A stretch of DNA of 64,000 nt. Source: Octopus vulgaris (lineage: Eukaryota). Below the pieces are notes generated by a model. The model searched no databases and was not told the DNA's origin. It worked only from the letters and a program-made list of their open reading frames with translations. This document shows, piece after piece, positions 61,162 to 64,000 of this stretch (its first letter is position 1; each line of letters begins with the position of its first letter). Both the position numbers and the translations under genes were made by a program. The stretch lies in contig OX597833.1 in assembly GCA_951406725.2 (NCBI GenBank), forward strand, positions 21,824,001 to 21,888,000, in the 5' to 3' direction.

Positions 61162-61272
61162 CCTGTCTATCTGTCTATCTATCTATCTATCTATCATCTA
61201 TCTATCTACCTGTCTATCTGTCTATTTATCTATCTATCTATCTATCTATCTAACTACCTGTCTATCTACCTG

Positions 61273-61324
<52 letters not shown>

Positions 61325-61381
61325 CCTACCTACCTAACCTACCTACCTACCTAACCTACCTACCTACCTACCTACCTACCT
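61008..61381. repeat. (TCTA)n-(CCTA)n microsatellite
   Basis: Seen directly. Confidence 0.95.
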
Positions 61382-61837
61382 AGGTAGCTATGTGCACGCG
61401 CGCGCGCATGTGTAATAAAATAAGAGCAATATACTTGAAATGACTTCGCTTGAATGAACAATATGCGATTTCTAAATTGAATAACGAAATTATAAACGCG
61501 TTCCGCTTTATCAAATGAAACGCGAAGAATGACGAAAGTATATTTTATTAGATAAATTCCTTTAAATACACTTTACCTCCAGTAATTAGCTATAATCAAG
61601 TATTTATCCCTCGAGGAATATTCCACGGGTACGCACCGGCATGTCTGTGTGTTTTCGTTACACACACACACACACACATAAAATTGTTAATCCCAGGCTT
61701 CCAATACAACGCGAACTTCAAACCCATGCCCCAAATTCTTATCTATATTCCCAAGAAATTTTTTGCTGCTATCCGCGAAATATGGATATGTTTCTCTTGA
61801 GAATATATAAATATTTACAATATTCTATTCCCACGAT

Positions 61838-62135
61838 ACATACATACACACATACATATATACATACATACGCACACACATACACACACTACATACATAC
61901 ATACACACACATACATACATACATACATACATACATACACACATACACATACATACACACACACACACACACATACATACATACATACATACATACATAC
62001 ATACATACACACACACATACATACATACATACATACATACACACACATACACACATACATACATACATACGTACATACATACATACATACATACATACAT
62101 ACATACATACATACATACATACATACATACATACA
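61838..62135. repeat. (CATA)n/(CA)n microsatellite
   Basis: Seen directly. Confidence 0.95.
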
Positions 62136-62285
62136 TTTGCCAACTAAATGTGGCGGTCCCATAGAAAACTCGCAAATGCTAATCGGACTCAGTGTGTCAA
62201 TGGCCAGCAAGAGGAGATGTCTACCTGGGGCTAAAAACAATAGTAACATTGTCCTCTGTGGAACTGCCACATTTAGTTGGTGAAT
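62135..62285. repeat. ~30-bp inverted repeat pair enclosing ~90 bp (possible MITE)
   Basis: ATTTGCCAACTAAATGTGGCGGTCCCATAG versus reverse complement ATTCACCAACTAAATGTGGCAGTTCCACAG. Confidence 0.6.
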
Positions 62286-62325
62286 ATATTTTACGAAGCT
62301 GTACTGTTACTGTTTACCTCTCGTT

Positions 62326-62396
<71 letters not shown>

Positions 62397-62483
62397 GAAG
62401 TAGGTACTGCAAAATTTAGGGTGAATACTTGATAAGTGTAAGCACCTGTATACGCCAGCTAGTGGCATATATATGCATATATG

Positions 62484-62841
62484 TGCAGGAGTGGCTGTGT
62501 GGTAAGTAGCTTGCTTACCAACCACATGGTTCCGGGTTCAGTCCCACTGCGTGGCACCTTGGGTAAGTGTCCTCTACTATAGCCTCGGGCCGACCAAAAT
62601 ATTGTGAGTGGATTTGGAAGACGGAAACTGAAAGAAGCCTGTCGTATATATGTATATATATATATATATGTCCCCCACCCCCAACATCTGGTGTGTTTAC
62701 ATCCACATAACTTAACGGTTCAGCAAAAGAGACCGATAGAATAAGTACTAGGCTTACAAATAATAAGTCCTGGGGTCAGTTTGCTCGACTAAAAGCGGTG
62801 CTCCAGCATGGCTGCAGTCAAATGACTGAAACAAGTAAAAG
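62484..62841 (+). mobile_element. SINE-C
   Basis: Matches consensus. Confidence 0.9.
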
Positions 62842-62842
62842 C

Positions 62843-62915
<73 letters not shown>

Positions 62916-62950
62916 CCAATTATTGTATATATTCTCCATTTTCTTATTTG

Positions 62951-62987
<37 letters not shown>

Positions 62988-63219
62988 CCTATAAAGTCAA
63001 TCTGTTGATATTTAGTTTATTCACGGCCCATTGAACTTTGAGGCGACCTCTCCGTTCCACGTCAGCTGCTATGATGAACCGCAAATATTTAAATGGTACT
63101 AGTATGTATGTATATATGAATGTATGTATGTGTGTGTGTGAGTGCCTGCGCGCGAACATTTACGTATATATGCAGGCATGTATGTATATTTTTATGCGTG
63201 CGTGCGTGCATGTGTGTTT

Positions 63220-63220
<1 letters not shown>

Positions 63221-63301
<81 letters not shown>
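63221..63301. repeat. (GATA)n microsatellite
   Basis: Seen directly. Confidence 0.95.
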
Positions 63302-63800
63302 TTATGTTTATATGTAGATACATATAGACATAAATGTATCTATCTATCTATCTAGCTATCTAGCTATCTGTGTATGAATTTTAAAAACCTGTACTATTCT
63401 GCATGATAAAACATGCGATAATGTTGCCTCTGTACACAGACACCACAAAAAACATATATTGTCTACAGCAGACCCAAAAGTGCTACCCCTGTAAAAGTGC
63501 CGCTCGGGGCGAACTGCCCCTATCTACACTAGTGCGCATAGTGAAACTGAAACTGAGACGTTTGAGGGACTAGCATTTTTATAGCATTATTGCAGCATTA
63601 TTATAACAGTGAGTTAAAAACTTCAACTGAAATTATCCTTGTAATAAGAAGACAAAATTTACGTAAGGTATACTTAATACCCAAATCCATAAAACAAAAA
63701 GAAACAACTCCCACAACGTAAGCTAATCCAAATCTTTGGAAAATAAGGATAATGCAGTTAGGGTTACATCCCACTATCAAAATCAAATTGTGATAGCAGC

Positions 63801-63834
63801 GCAGATGTTTCGACCTTGTTAGATCTCATCAGCG
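63801..63834 (-). ncRNA. Minimal hammerhead-like motif
   Basis: CG-CUGAUGA-GAUCU[AACA]AGGUC-GAAA-CA-UC-UG; canonical core, 5-bp stem II, weak stem I. Confidence 0.55.
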
Positions 63835-63965
63835 AAGCACATCTATTCAGTTGGTAAGGCTTAAAGACATATAAACGGCGCTGGTTGTTCTCATATAATA
63901 GAAAAATATTGTCAAGGGAGATATAATTATCCTAATGCTCTCTCTCTCTCCCTATTTCTCCCCCT

Positions 63966-64000
<35 letters not shown>

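Overview
Eukaryotic, AT-rich, repeat-saturated DNA with no intact host protein-coding gene that I can support. The SINE repertoire, microsatellite density and RTE/Penelope content point to a coleoid cephalopod, most likely Octopus (inference from pattern recognition, not a database result). Contents: (i) dozens of copies of several tRNA-headed SINE families, labelled here SINE-A, SINE-B, SINE-C and SINE-D (my own labels); (ii) RTE-clade LINE fragments, including a young 1.1-kb 3' piece with an open RT frame and a 3' piece with tandem C2H2 zinc fingers; (iii) R4/Dong-like LINE ends, a decayed mariner, Helitron-like elements and several MITEs; (iv) very many microsatellites, which generate almost all ORFs in the six-frame track. 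Most notable: about ten minimal hammerhead-ribozyme motifs of the Penelope/retrozyme type, one of them directly downstream of a tRNA-derived Pol III head (13522-13840); SINE-B multimers with fixed junctions bracketed by single target-site duplications; repeated short local copies pasted in inverted orientation into SINEs; and a possible minus-strand first exon near 46.3 kb, where strand composition flips beside a cluster of seven YGTGAGAA motifs. Coordinates were read by eye and may be off by a few bases, especially for diverged repeats.
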